Shown here: positions 47,684-58,749 of the stretch, piece by piece | How positions within the stretch are numbered: position 1 is the first letter of the stretch | Layout of the letters: every line of letters starts with the position of its first letter | Source of the DNA: Oopsacas minuta | Taxonomy: Eukaryota; Animalia; Porifera | DNA: 64,000 nucleotides | NCBI GenBank assembly: GCA_024704765.1 | Contig: JAKMXF010000028.1 | Coordinates: 1-64,000, forward strand | Reading direction: 5' to 3' | Program-made: the position numbers and the translations under genes | Notes under the pieces: generated by a model | The model's input: the letters and a program-made list of their open reading frames with translations, nothing else | What the model was told of the DNA's origin: nothing | Database searches by the model: none

Positions 47684-48376
47684 CAGTGCCGGATTTACCA
47701 TTAGGCTTTGTAGGCTATAGCCTTCGGGCCACTTATAAAGAGGGTCTTTCTTAGAGACTAAATTTCTTAATTCGAAATATATTTGCAATTCGAACTTTAG
47801 AAGTTTAACTCCTTATCACTATTATACTCCTGAATACCATTACATTGATTTTAGTATAATTTGGAAAAACTGTTTTAGATTTGATCATCTCAATATTCTA
47901 GAATTCCTAACTAGATTATTAGATTAATATTCTAGCATTTCGAAATCTCTATTTCCTTGATTTAGTAGTTCCAATCAGTTCTAGAAAAGTGTATATTCTT
48001 CTTTCGTGTGATTTCAAAACTCAATTGATTTCGATGTTATTGTGCGTAGTTTCGCTTCAAGGAAAGCTCAAAAAGTCTCGATTGTTTAGATAATGATTAT
48101 ATAGATTATAATCTCTAGTAAGTAGTATTTGATATGTCATAGATTAGTTCATTTTATACATTGTTTACTTTTAAATGTGTTATATTAACCATCATGCCAC
48201 TTCAGGCCAGTCATTTATTCCACCCAATATTGACAGAGACCCCTGCACTGTAAAATTTGGCACTTTCTAGTTTGTAAAATAATTGAAATTTGGGGGGGCA
48301 CCAACCAATGTCGACCATCTTTCGGGGCACTTGTATGTTCCAGCCTTCGGGCTACTCCAGGGTAAATCCGGCCCTG
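47684..48376. mobile_element. 693-bp hAT-type MITE upstream of NHL gene A
   Basis: TIR CAG(T/G)GCCGGATTTACC, 8-bp TSD TGCACAGG / GGCACAGG, empty site in right arm near 58900. Confidence 0.88.
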
Positions 48377-48532
48377 GGCACAGGAAACTTGGATATTTTA
48401 GTTTATATCAGATTTCATTGAAAGTAATTATTATTATAGAACCATACTGTTTGTAACCAATTCTATGTTAAGTTTATATTTAATATTTTCAATTTTTATT
48501 GTATTTTCAGATTATTTTTTGCGATTCCTATA

Positions 48533-49777
48533 ATGGCTAGTGTTAGCACCGCTCAATTTGATGGGAGTTTTCCGTCTCAGGTAGAGAGAGTCCACAGAGA
48601 AATCAATGAGAGATTCATTAGGGCACACAAGGTTCTGCAAGACAGAGAGAAAGATCTCTTAGCAGAATTACAGCACTTATTAGATGATTTTACTGGAGAG
48701 GGAATAGAGGAGGAAAAGGAACAAATGGTGGCCTCCAAAGAACTGTTGTCTACTCTAAAAGGGAACACGGGGAAAGATGTTCTAGATCAGAGTGTTGCTC
48801 TCATGGATGAAAGAATTAAAGAGTTAGAGAGCAAACTCGAGACAGTTCGTCTTACCTATACAAACGTGGGTTTGGAATGGGATGAGTTGCTGGAGAAGAA
48901 ACTTGGAGAAACTGGTAGATTACGACTTAATCCCAGGAAGAGCAAGACACCAGACTACAAGAATATGTCTCAACCTGTAGAGGTGTTTGGGAGACATAGT
49001 AAAAAGGACAAATCATCTGGTGTGTTTTATTCTCCTGGTAGTATAGCTATAGATCCTCTGACTAACTATATCTACATATGTGATGCAGGATCGCATAAAG
49101 TACAGGTATTCAATAGTTCTTATGATTTTGTATTCCTATTCGGTCACAAGATGGATTGTCCAGCTGGTATTTGTATAGTACAGGACAATTTGTATGTAAC
49201 ACAGCATATTAGCTGTTGTATGAACGTATATTCTATGAGAGGACAATTATTGCATTCTGTCGGTAGTGAAGGAAAGAATGAATTAGAATTTGACTATCCA
49301 GTAGGCATAGATATCTCTATTGATAAGAATAGCATTTATATTGCGGAATTCAATAATGACCGAGTTCAATGCTTGAACTTAGATCTGTCTTTTAAATCTT
49401 TCATTCCTGATATTTATGGAGCTATAGATGTTAAGCTAACCTCTACTGAGGTTGTTGTTCTGCGTATTAGTGATCCTTGCTTGATTATTTATAATTATGC
49501 TCACGAATCAATTCGTCATATGATTACTAAAGGAGTAGGGAAACTAGTAATAAAGCCAGCTCGTTTATTCGTGGATGAATCTGGTAATATTCTTATTCCT
49601 GACTATAATGCTCATTGTTTATGTGTGTTTTCACATGAAGGGGAATTACTACACAAGATTGGAAAGGAAGGACAAGAGAGAGGAGAGTTTATCAAACCCA
49701 CAGGAGTATGTATTAACCAGGAAGGGAGGCTTCTAGTATCATCTCGTAATCCTAATCATGCTATACAGATATTCTAA
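48533..49777 (+). CDS. Coiled-coil plus NHL-repeat beta-propeller protein (TRIM-NHL-like, no RING/B-box), copy A, 414 aa
   Basis: N-terminal heptad-rich helix, then NHL blades (EFDYPVGIDI, IYIAEFNNDRVQCL, GEFIKPTGVCINQEGRLLVS); intact intronless ORF. Confidence 0.88.
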   Translation: MASVSTAQFDGSFPSQVERVHREINERFIRAHKVLQDREKDLLAELQHLLDDFTGEGIEEEKEQMVASKELLSTLKGNTGKDVLDQSVALMDERIKELESKLETVRLTYTNVGLEWDELLEKKLGETGRLRLNPRKSKTPDYKNMSQPVEVFGRHSKKDKSSGVFYSPGSIAIDPLTNYIYICDAGSHKVQVFNSSYDFVFLFGHKMDCPAGICIVQDNLYVTQHISCCMNVYSMRGQLLHSVGSEGKNELEFDYPVGIDISIDKNSIYIAEFNNDRVQCLNLDLSFKSFIPDIYGAIDVKLTSTEVVVLRISDPCLIIYNYAHESIRHMITKGVGKLVIKPARLFVDESGNILIPDYNAHCLCVFSHEGELLHKIGKEGQERGEFIKPTGVCINQEGRLLVSSRNPNHAIQIF

Positions 49778-50110
49778 TTTTATCATTTCCCTTTAACTTT
49801 TCTCGTTTTTGGTACTTTTTAGTATCTTTACTATTGTCTATTCCTTTAGTGGTAATATTAGTGCTATTTTCTTATATTCTATATTCTTGCTAATTACGTC
49901 ATTTGATAGTTTAATGGGATTACTTATATGTCGGCGGTCTACATTGTCGGCTAGCCGACAAATAAGGAATTATGGCCGACATATAAGGATTTATAAGGAA
50001 CATATAATGATTATTATAAGGAATGTTATATTGCTACACTAGAGAAAGTATCTACATATATGTGTATATCTCTAATGACAACTATTACACTGCGACAAAG
50101 TACCAAATTT

Positions 50111-52989
50111 TCATTTGTTTTTATCTGTATTCCTTTTCTTCGTCCTAACATCGTTAAAGCTCCGTTTCCTTTTATTAGAAGGGCACCCTTTGGATCGAAC
50201 ACGTCTAGGATTTAGGATTGTTGCGATACTTGGAATAATTGCTCCACTTTCCTGTGGTATAGGTCTTAGCAATTGGTCCATTTCGGTTAATTTACCTCTC
50301 ATAAGCGAAAAAGTTGAATGGTCAAATGATGCAAGATGAGCAATGTTTTTAAATTCTGTTGTTAGCATGTCATACCTTTCGTCTTTCGTTAGGATAGGAT
50401 TATTTTGATCATTTTCTTGTAATTCTATTACATTCTGACTACCAATACAGCTGTAGATATTAGAATTGTGATCTGCTTGATTCTCTATCAATTATGAGAC
50501 GATATATTAATAGTTTAAAGAACACAAGGACACAACGTTAATAATTTGGCAAGTCATTACGTAATTCTGATATAACCGAGTGCGGTTGCAATAATATCTG
50601 TGCTTTATCGAATGACTACTTACCTTCCAGAAATCAACTATAGCTTTGTCGTGTATATTCGTTATTTTCTCGTGATGATAAACAATAAGCATGTGACGAC
50701 ATGGTAATCCCCATGATGATGGGAATAAGCATGTGCAAAATGTCAACGTTGTCTTACGGCTGGACTTAGTAAAAACCTTCGATAACCCGAGGTCCATAGA
50801 TGTTAATTTCTCCTTGTTGGTACCTCCCGGCAATCCTTCTCTTTCAACTAGAATAAAGACAAAATACGTATTTGAATTAGATAAATTATTATACGTACAC
50901 TCGAACTTATCCGGACTCCGATATCCGGGTACCTCCCTCAACCGGGCACCATTTTTCCAAAAGGATTGAAATTGATTCGACCATTTCAATTTTTAGTAAA
51001 TATTCCTTATAGTAGAGCTGTTTTACTCGTACTTCATATCTAACACGTTTCTTTGTAACTAAAAACCATCATAACAGCTATATCCGTCCATATCGATATT
51101 TATCCTATTGATTATAATTGGATCCAGAGTTGGAATCGGGATCGGGTTTCTCGGGTACGGTTCTGAAAAGTGGACCCGATTCCAACTGATTGGCCCTCCC
51201 ATAGAGTTAATGTTATTTCTCAGATTCGGGCAAATTCTGACTTCCGGCACTACCGGATAAGAGAGGTTCGAGTATACTATATTATTACAACTTCTTCCTT
51301 ACCTGAGTCTCTGACAATAGAGTTAACTTCATAAATCTTTCCTTCGCCAACGTTAAATATGGCATCAACACTATATTGCATGCACTGATCAATTTGTGCC
51401 TTTACAATCGCCAGTGCAAATGGTGTTAACTTAAAGTTTCGTTCTATTGGATGTTTAGATGAGTATGTAGCCATTTTAAGTGCTAACCGGGTTGCACGTC
51501 CTTCATTTTGTTCTGAAAGGGTCTTCCTATTTTCATCAATTTTATTCGCGAGATGTGTAAGAAGAGTATGTGCATTTAAAAATTGTTTGATCGTTGAGTG
51601 AATGGATTCTGAACGTTGTGTGGAATGAGCACCCAACGTGAGGTGTTGCCAGGTCCATCGTGATGCCCATTGAATTCTCTTGTCATATAATATACGTAAA
51701 AAAAGTTGAGCTGAATGGAAAACTTTCTCGTTATTCGACTTTTGCCTGGATTGAACTAGAGCCAAAAGTTCTTTCCATTCTTGATCAAAATCATCACGAG
51801 ATCCTGAATCTTGTTTTTACATAGATTCCACCATGAATTTAAGAAAGCATTCCAACTTTCGCATAAGTTTCCATGTCGGCCACTGAAAAGAGGTCTAATA
51901 TGTTTGACAATATTTTGGCCAATGTGAAAAGTGCAAAGGAGATGTATAGTGGAAGGGTAGACATTTCTGATCGCTGCGGCCATAGCTGGGTCACCGTCTG
52001 TAATAATGATTTTGGGTGGATGTCGAAATGGTTTCAGGAATTCACTGAATGCCCAAGTAAATGCTTCCTCTGTTTCACGATCAAGTAGTGTACATGCCAG
52101 GGCTTGAGTATTTCCATGTTTATTGACTGTACAAAAACCGGCAAACTTAAGGGTATATTTATTTCTACCATGGGTGGTATCGAAGAGCACGATATTAGCT
52201 TCAGAATTTTCAACCCAGGGTTCAAAACTATCGGTTAATGTCCAAAAGACTTTACTCATTGAGCTGTCTTCTGCTGTCTGTATAGCGAAATACAATCCTT
52301 TGGTAGATAATTGTTCTTGTAGATAACTGACGAAGTTCGTTGCATCAAAACTTCTTTCTTTAACACTTGGCTGAAATTTATTGTACACATCTTGATAAGA
52401 CCAGTTATTGGAAGATGTTTTTCATGTGCTTTACTTATAAAAACTTGATTAATTTTTGATGCTGTGAGACCTGCACGTTTAAGCTCAAAGCCGAGGGTAT
52501 TAAATTCGAATGGTATTTGTCGAAGGGAAGACTCCGCTAGACTAGCGCTATGACTTTCTACTAAATTGTGATTGTGTGCAAAATTTCCTGTAACTACTGC
52601 CCAACCTTCAATACATTCTTCTAAACGAATGCTATATGGACAATTACACCTTTGTGTAATGGTATTTCGTTTTCATTTGTGAGTTTGGCCTTTTTAGCTC
52701 TGTAGCAACTTAAAACCCTCTGCTTGCCTTTTCTAGATGTAGGTGTATAAGTTGAACTCCACACTAAGTTGAATCTCCCGCCACCAGTAGCAAGATCCAA
52801 CGCCCATTCATTTAAATCTAATTTAGATGTCACATGAGATTCCCAAGATCCTTTGGGCATATCATACGGTAGGATAGCAGACCTTGATAGAATCATTGTA
52901 TCAATTCTTCTTCTGACATTCGTATGGGTTATTGATTCAGAAACACTCTGATTTTCAGAGACTTGCTCTGGGTCTACCTGGGATCCCAA
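50111..52989 (-). pseudogene. FAR1-like MULE transposase with SWIM finger, frameshifted, intron-containing
   Basis: HNHNL, VLFDTTHGRNKY, IIITDGDPAMAAAI..YP...HLLCTFHI, STQRSESIH, CTC......GLPCRHML; frameshifts near 52390 and 51765; intron 51302-50848. Start codon not identified. Confidence 0.85.
50898..51274. mobile_element. 377-bp Tc1/pogo-type MITE inside the MULE intron
   Basis: TA flanks; ends CACTCGAAC..TTATCCGG / CCGGATAAGAGAGGTTCGAGT. Confidence 0.75.
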
Positions 52990-55769
52990 TCAGAAAATGA
53001 CCTTTTGAACCCGAAATTCAACCAAATTTGCCCAAAAATTGCATGTTAGAAATATACGTTTTCCCCTTTAGGATTACCACGATTTTGATTAATACGAATT
53101 ATTATGCATATATGGAGAAATTCGAGGCAATTTATACGAAGTTAGAAATAGAAAAATTCCTTATATGGTGCCTAAATCCTTATTTGTCGGCTAAATCCTT
53201 ATTTGTCGGCCATTATTCCTTATTTGTCGGCTAGCCGACAATGTAGGCCGCCGACATATAAGTAATCCCTAGTTTAATTGTTCAATTTTTTTGTTATTAG
53301 CTTTATAACTCAAATATTTCATAAACATTACTTAGTATGACAGATAAATCTATTTTAGTAACACAGCTTCAACAATCTCATTCTACAGGTATTTAATATA
53401 TTTATATTATAAGTAGGAATATAGGAATAGGACAGCTAATAGTGGCGGTTACAAGGGGTGGGGGCGAAATCTCAATATTTAGATGATTGAATATACAAAG
53501 ACCCATGTGTTACAGTGCAACCTCTAATTCTAAGCGAGCGATATTCTTCCACCTCAAAATCTCAGCGTAAGGATTTTTCCATTAGAAATAATCAATTTGG
53601 AGTTATCTGTAGATCTGCTGACCTAACCTCCTTCATTTATAGAGGTTGTATTGTATAACAAATTTCTTGTTATTTGCAGCTAAGGAATATTTTTAGCGAA
53701 AGTAGAAACGTGAAAATTTTGCATATTTGCCTACCTCACCCTGACACTAATTTACTGATTTCTGCTCAAATTTGAGGAGACGAGCGTGTTGTGAATAACT
53801 TGATAAATTCGCAGGTTCGAAGAAATGACCGTCACACCTTTCATTCGGAACTAACATTTTACTATTTATAATGTGTAGAAGCTTTGCTAAAATCATTTCC
53901 CTGTATAGAATCTGTCAATCCAGATTTTGAAAGACTACAATCTACTCAGGCTTCTAGATTACAGGAAATACAGTTTATAGAAGATGAAAAGAAAAGAATT
54001 CAATCTAAAATAGAAGCTATTGCATTAGGACAGCAAGAACAGAATAATACAATTATACACGATAACACATCTTATGTTAGTATTGTAATAATTCTTATAA
54101 TTGAGAAATCCTTTATTAGCAATTATTGAACTGTAAATGGTTTGCATAAATCCAAATTCAAGGAAATCCATGCAAATATGATTAGTCAATAGACAAACTC
54201 ATTTATACTTGATTTTCTTATCGCCATTTATTTGATTGGTATATTTAGAAAAAGCAGAAAAAAAGACGGAAGAAGAATTCGAGTTAAAGGAGAAGAACCA
54301 AAACGGTTCATAACCAGAAGTCCCTGAAGTAGATATGGAGTAAGTTTAATACGAATTTTCCTGATAAGACGAACAAATATTTACACAAAACCATTTGTTG
54401 TAATGGGCAATTTGGGTGTCAGAATTCACTGCAATAAATACGTTTACGATAATGATTTTCCTAGAAATTTTATCTATCGTACTCAGTTGATAGTTTATTC
54501 ATATTTGAATTATTTATCCTTTTCGGTATTTTTCTGAACCAACCTTAGAATGAGTCCAAGCTGCCTCCCGCTCCCTGCCTGTCTACTGACATCTGACAAA
54601 TTGCATAACAAAATTTCTACACATTATCCTCTTAATTAATGTTTGTACACTGTACAATCGGTTATCTGAACACCCTCGTATTAAATTCAAGATTTTTTCG
54701 GATTAGTTGAAACAAATCATACGAGTAGGAGGTCTGTTGCATGAGATATTGACCCCCTATAATAATGACTCCTTCATTGAATAAACCATGAATGCTAAAA
54801 GGGGTCATTATTCTACTCTAATTTTCGTGAGATATTGACCCCCTCTGATCACATTAAGCTACTGTCATCACTGGCTGACATTATCATATGACATCTAGAA
54901 AATAAATTGTTCATTAAACCACAAGAAGCACCGAAAGTTCAGTGTTTATTTCGTTGTTAATTTGATGACAAGTATCCCGCAATAATGAAGGATATAAAAA
55001 TGCCGCGGAACCGAATTCAACATTCAATGTAATGGATTCAAATGACTATGATGAATTATATCAGTTCTACTATGCCAAAGTACCCTTAACACTTGGGAAA
55101 TTGCAAGAATTTGAAGAGGAATTTTAGACAGAAGGCAGTGAAATTTCGCGTTGATGAAAACAAAGTACTTTATCAAGTAAGTGTTAGCAATATCAATCAA
55201 GTTTAATAAAGTACAATATTTTCTGATTTTCACATTCTTATAGAAAGTCCACTTTCCAAAATTGTGAGGTTGTTTTTTACAATTTCCTCTAAAATCACAA
55301 GTGCCAGATATCTTGAAGTTATATCACGACTCACATCATTCTAGAATAAACGCAACACTAACCAGTATTCGCAGGGAATATTACTGGATTGGGATGTGTG
55401 AGGAAGTTCGACTCTACTTAAGTAATTATTGAAATATTATTTGTATGAATACGCTACGTTTGATATATTAAACTATGATTTAGTAATGCTACGTATCATT
55501 AACTAATCATTTTTTCTGTGGCAACTAATACTATTACATAGCAATACACCCCGAAAGTCTAAAACGAGTCCATGTGTTGGAGTCTCGATTATCCGAACAC
55601 CTTCGTCATACACTTTCCATTTTGGTGTTCGGATAACTAAAGTGGTGTATTTACTATATGAAATTGACAGCTCAGGTATAAGTAAATTGTGCATTTGTAA
55701 TTTCGTATATTTGACTGCATACTTATTACAATTTTGACAAGTAGAATAAAGCATTTTGTTGAAGGTTTT

Positions 55770-55927
55770 TGTAGTTTTTCTCTGTGTAGCGTTTTCCTTA
55801 GAGGGAGGAGTCGTTTTGTTTTGAGCTGTAGAGCAGTGCCACATTCCTTCTGACTGCTATCTCCTGGTTTGGGCTTCTTCTTGTTCACTGGGAATAATAT
55901 CATTCGACCTTGATATTCCTTCAATCG
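55770..55927 (-). pseudogene. RPL13: Orphan exon fragment of 60S ribosomal protein eL13
   Basis: After TTTATTCCAG acceptor: RLKEYQGRMILFPVNKKKPKPGDSSQKECGTALQL..LPLRKTLHREK, matching the eL13 QRLKEY..LILFP...PKKGDSS..E...ATQL segment; no other RPL13 exons seen. Confidence 0.8.
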
Positions 55928-56582
55928 CTGGAATAAATGGAAAATAACAAGTACAGTAGACTCTCGATTATCCCGCACTCGAGCCGGAAAAATATTTACT
56001 TTTGAGAAAAATCATTGAAAATTGTCCAAATTTAGTCCGAGGAGGGAGCTTCAGACTCCTTTTGTACTAATTTATCAAATGATGTGGCGATGTTAAGTCA
56101 AGAAATATGTAGTCAAGTACAGTAGACTCCTTTCGTATTAAACTTACTCAATATCTACTTCAGGGACTTCTGGTTATAAACCGTTTTGGTTCTTCTCCTT
56201 TAACTCGATTCTTCTTCCGTCTATTTTTCTGCTTTTTCTAAATATACAATCAAATAAATAGCGATAAGATAATCAAGTACAAATGAGTTTGTCTATTGAC
56301 TAATCGTATTTGCATGGATTTCCTTGAATTTGGATTTATGCAAACCATTTACAATTCAATAATTGCTAATAAAGGATTTCTCAATTATAAGAATTATTAC
56401 AATACTAACATAGGATGTGTTATCGTGTATAATTGTATTATTCTGTTCTTGCTGTCCTAATGCAATAGCTTCTAGTTTAGATTGAATTCTTTTCTTTTCA
56501 TCTTCTATAAACTGTATTTCCTGTAATCTAGAAGCCTGAGTAGATTGTAGTCTTTCAAAATCTGGATTTACAGATTCTATAC

Positions 56583-56721
56583 CTAAGTTGACTAATTCAT
56601 GAATTATTGAATAATTCATTATTCACTAGGTTAAAAATGAATAATTCATGAATAATTCAAAAGAACTATTCATGAATTATTCATTGTTCTTGAGGATATT
56701 TCTATGTATTAGTCAACTTAG
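56583..56721. mobile_element. 139-bp MITE
   Basis: TIR CTAAGTTGACTAA / TTAGTCAACTTAG, 8-bp TSD TTCTATAC, empty site in left arm near 53905. Confidence 0.9.
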
Positions 56722-57504
56722 TTCTATACAGGGGAATAATTTTAGCAAAGCTTCTATATATTATAAATAGTAAAATGTCATATCCGAATGAAAGGTGTGA
56801 CGGTCATTTCTTCGAACCTGCGAATTTATCAAGTTATTCACAACACGCTCGTCTCTTCAAAATTGAGCAGAAATCAGTAAATTAGTGTCAGGGTGAGGTA
56901 GGCAAATATGCAAAATTTTCACGTTTCTACTTTCGCTAAAAATATTCCTTAGCTGCAAATAACAAGAAATTTGTTATACAATACAACCTCTATAAATGAA
57001 GGAGGTTGGGTCAGCAGATCTACAGATAACTCCAAATTGATTATTTCTAATGGAAAAATCCTTACGCTGAGATTTTGAAGTGGAAGAATATTGCCCGCTT
57101 AGAATTATAGAGGTTGCACTGTAACACATGGGTCTTTGTATATTCAATCATCTAAATATTGAGATTTCGCCCCCACCCCTTGTAACCGCCACTATTAGCT
57201 GTCCTATTCCTATATTCCTACTTATAATATAAATATATTAAATACCTGTAGAATGAGATTGTTGAAGCTGTGTTACTAAAATAGATTTATCTGTCATACT
57301 AAGTAATGTTTATGAAATATTTGAGTTATAAAGCTAATAACAAAAAAATTGAATAATTAAACTATCAAATGACGTAATTAGCAAGAATATAGAATATAAG
57401 AAAATAGCATTAATATTACTATTAAAGGAATAGACAATAGTAAAGATACTAAAAGAAGCAAAAAAGAAGCAAAAAACGAGAAAAGTTCAAGGGAAATGAT
57501 AAAG

Positions 57505-58749
57505 TTAAAATATCTGTATAGCATGACTAGGATTACGAGATGCTACTACAAGCCTCCCTTCCTGGTTTATACATATTCCTCTGGGTTGGATAAACTCTCC
57601 TCTCTCTTGTCCTTCCTTTCCAATCTTGTGTAGTAATTCCCCTTCATGTGAAAACACACATAAACAATGAGCATCACAGTCAGGAATAAGAATATTACCA
57701 GATTCATCCACGAATAAACGAACTGGCTTTATTACTAGTTTCCCTACTCCTTTAGTAATCATTTGACGAATTGATTCGTGAGCATAATTATAAATAATCA
57801 AGCAAGGATCACTGCTACACAGGACAACAACCTCAGTAGAGGTTAGCTTAACATCTTTAGCTCCATAAATATCAGAAATGAAAGAATTAAATGACAGATC
57901 TAAGTTCAAGCATTGAACTCGGTCATTATTGAATTCCGCAATATAAATGCTATTCTTATCAATAGAGATATCTATGCCTACTGGACCATCAAATTCTAAT
58001 TCATTCTTTCCTTCACTACCGACAGAATGCAATAATTGTCCTCTCATAGAATATACGTTCATACAACAGCTAATATGCTGTGTTACATACAAATTGGCCT
58101 GTGCTATACAAATACCAGCTGGACAATCCATCTTGTGACCGAATAAGAATACAAAATCATAAGAACTATGAAATACCTGTACTCTATTCCATCCATAATC
58201 ACATATGTAGATAGAGTTAGTCACAGGATCTATAGCTATACTACTAGCATAATAAAACACACCAGATGATTTGTCCTTTTTACTATTTCTCCCAAACACC
58301 TCTATAGGTTGAGACATATTCTTGTAGTCTGGTGTCTTGCTCTTCCTGGGATTAAGTCGTAATCTACCAGTTTCTCCAAGTTTCTTCTCCAGCAACTCAT
58401 CCCATTCCAAACCCACGTTTGTATAGGTAAGACGAACTGTCTCGAGTTTGCTCTCTAACTCTTTAATTCTTTCATCCATGAGAGCAACACTCTGATCTAG
58501 AACATCTTTCCCCGTGTTCCCTTTTAGAGTAGACAACAGTTCTTTGGAGGCCACCATTTGTTCCTTTTCCTCCTCTATTCCCTCTCCAGTATAATCATCT
58601 AATAAGTCTTGTAATTGTGCTAAGAGGTCTTTCTCTCTGTCTTGCAGAACCTTGTGTGCCCTAATGAATCTCTCATTGATTTCTCTACGGACTCTCTCTA
58701 CCTGAGATGGAAAACTCCCATCAAATTGAGCGGTGCTAACACTAGCCAT
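57505..58749 (-). CDS. Coiled-coil plus NHL-repeat protein, copy B, 414 aa
   Basis: Paralog of 48533-49777, same length from ATG 58749, intact ORF. Confidence 0.88.
   Translation of the reverse strand: MASVSTAQFDGSFPSQVERVRREINERFIRAHKVLQDREKDLLAQLQDLLDDYTGEGIEEEKEQMVASKELLSTLKGNTGKDVLDQSVALMDERIKELESKLETVRLTYTNVGLEWDELLEKKLGETGRLRLNPRKSKTPDYKNMSQPIEVFGRNSKKDKSSGVFYYASSIAIDPVTNSIYICDYGWNRVQVFHSSYDFVFLFGHKMDCPAGICIAQANLYVTQHISCCMNVYSMRGQLLHSVGSEGKNELEFDGPVGIDISIDKNSIYIAEFNNDRVQCLNLDLSFNSFISDIYGAKDVKLTSTEVVVLCSSDPCLIIYNYAHESIRQMITKGVGKLVIKPVRLFVDESGNILIPDCDAHCLCVFSHEGELLHKIGKEGQERGEFIQPRGICINQEGRLVVASRNPSHAIQIF

Larger units (their letters stand above)
49916..53269 (-). mobile_element. Mutator-like element (MULE), 3354 bp
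   Basis: ~78-bp TIR GGGATTACTTATATGTCGGCGG..., perfect 9-bp TSD TAGTTTAAT, empty site in right arm near 57365. Confidence 0.95.
46566..54355 (+). repeat. Left arm of inverted segmental duplication (~3.1 kb core plus three insertions)
   Basis: Reverse-complement match to 56131-59386 once the insertions are removed. Confidence 0.93.
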
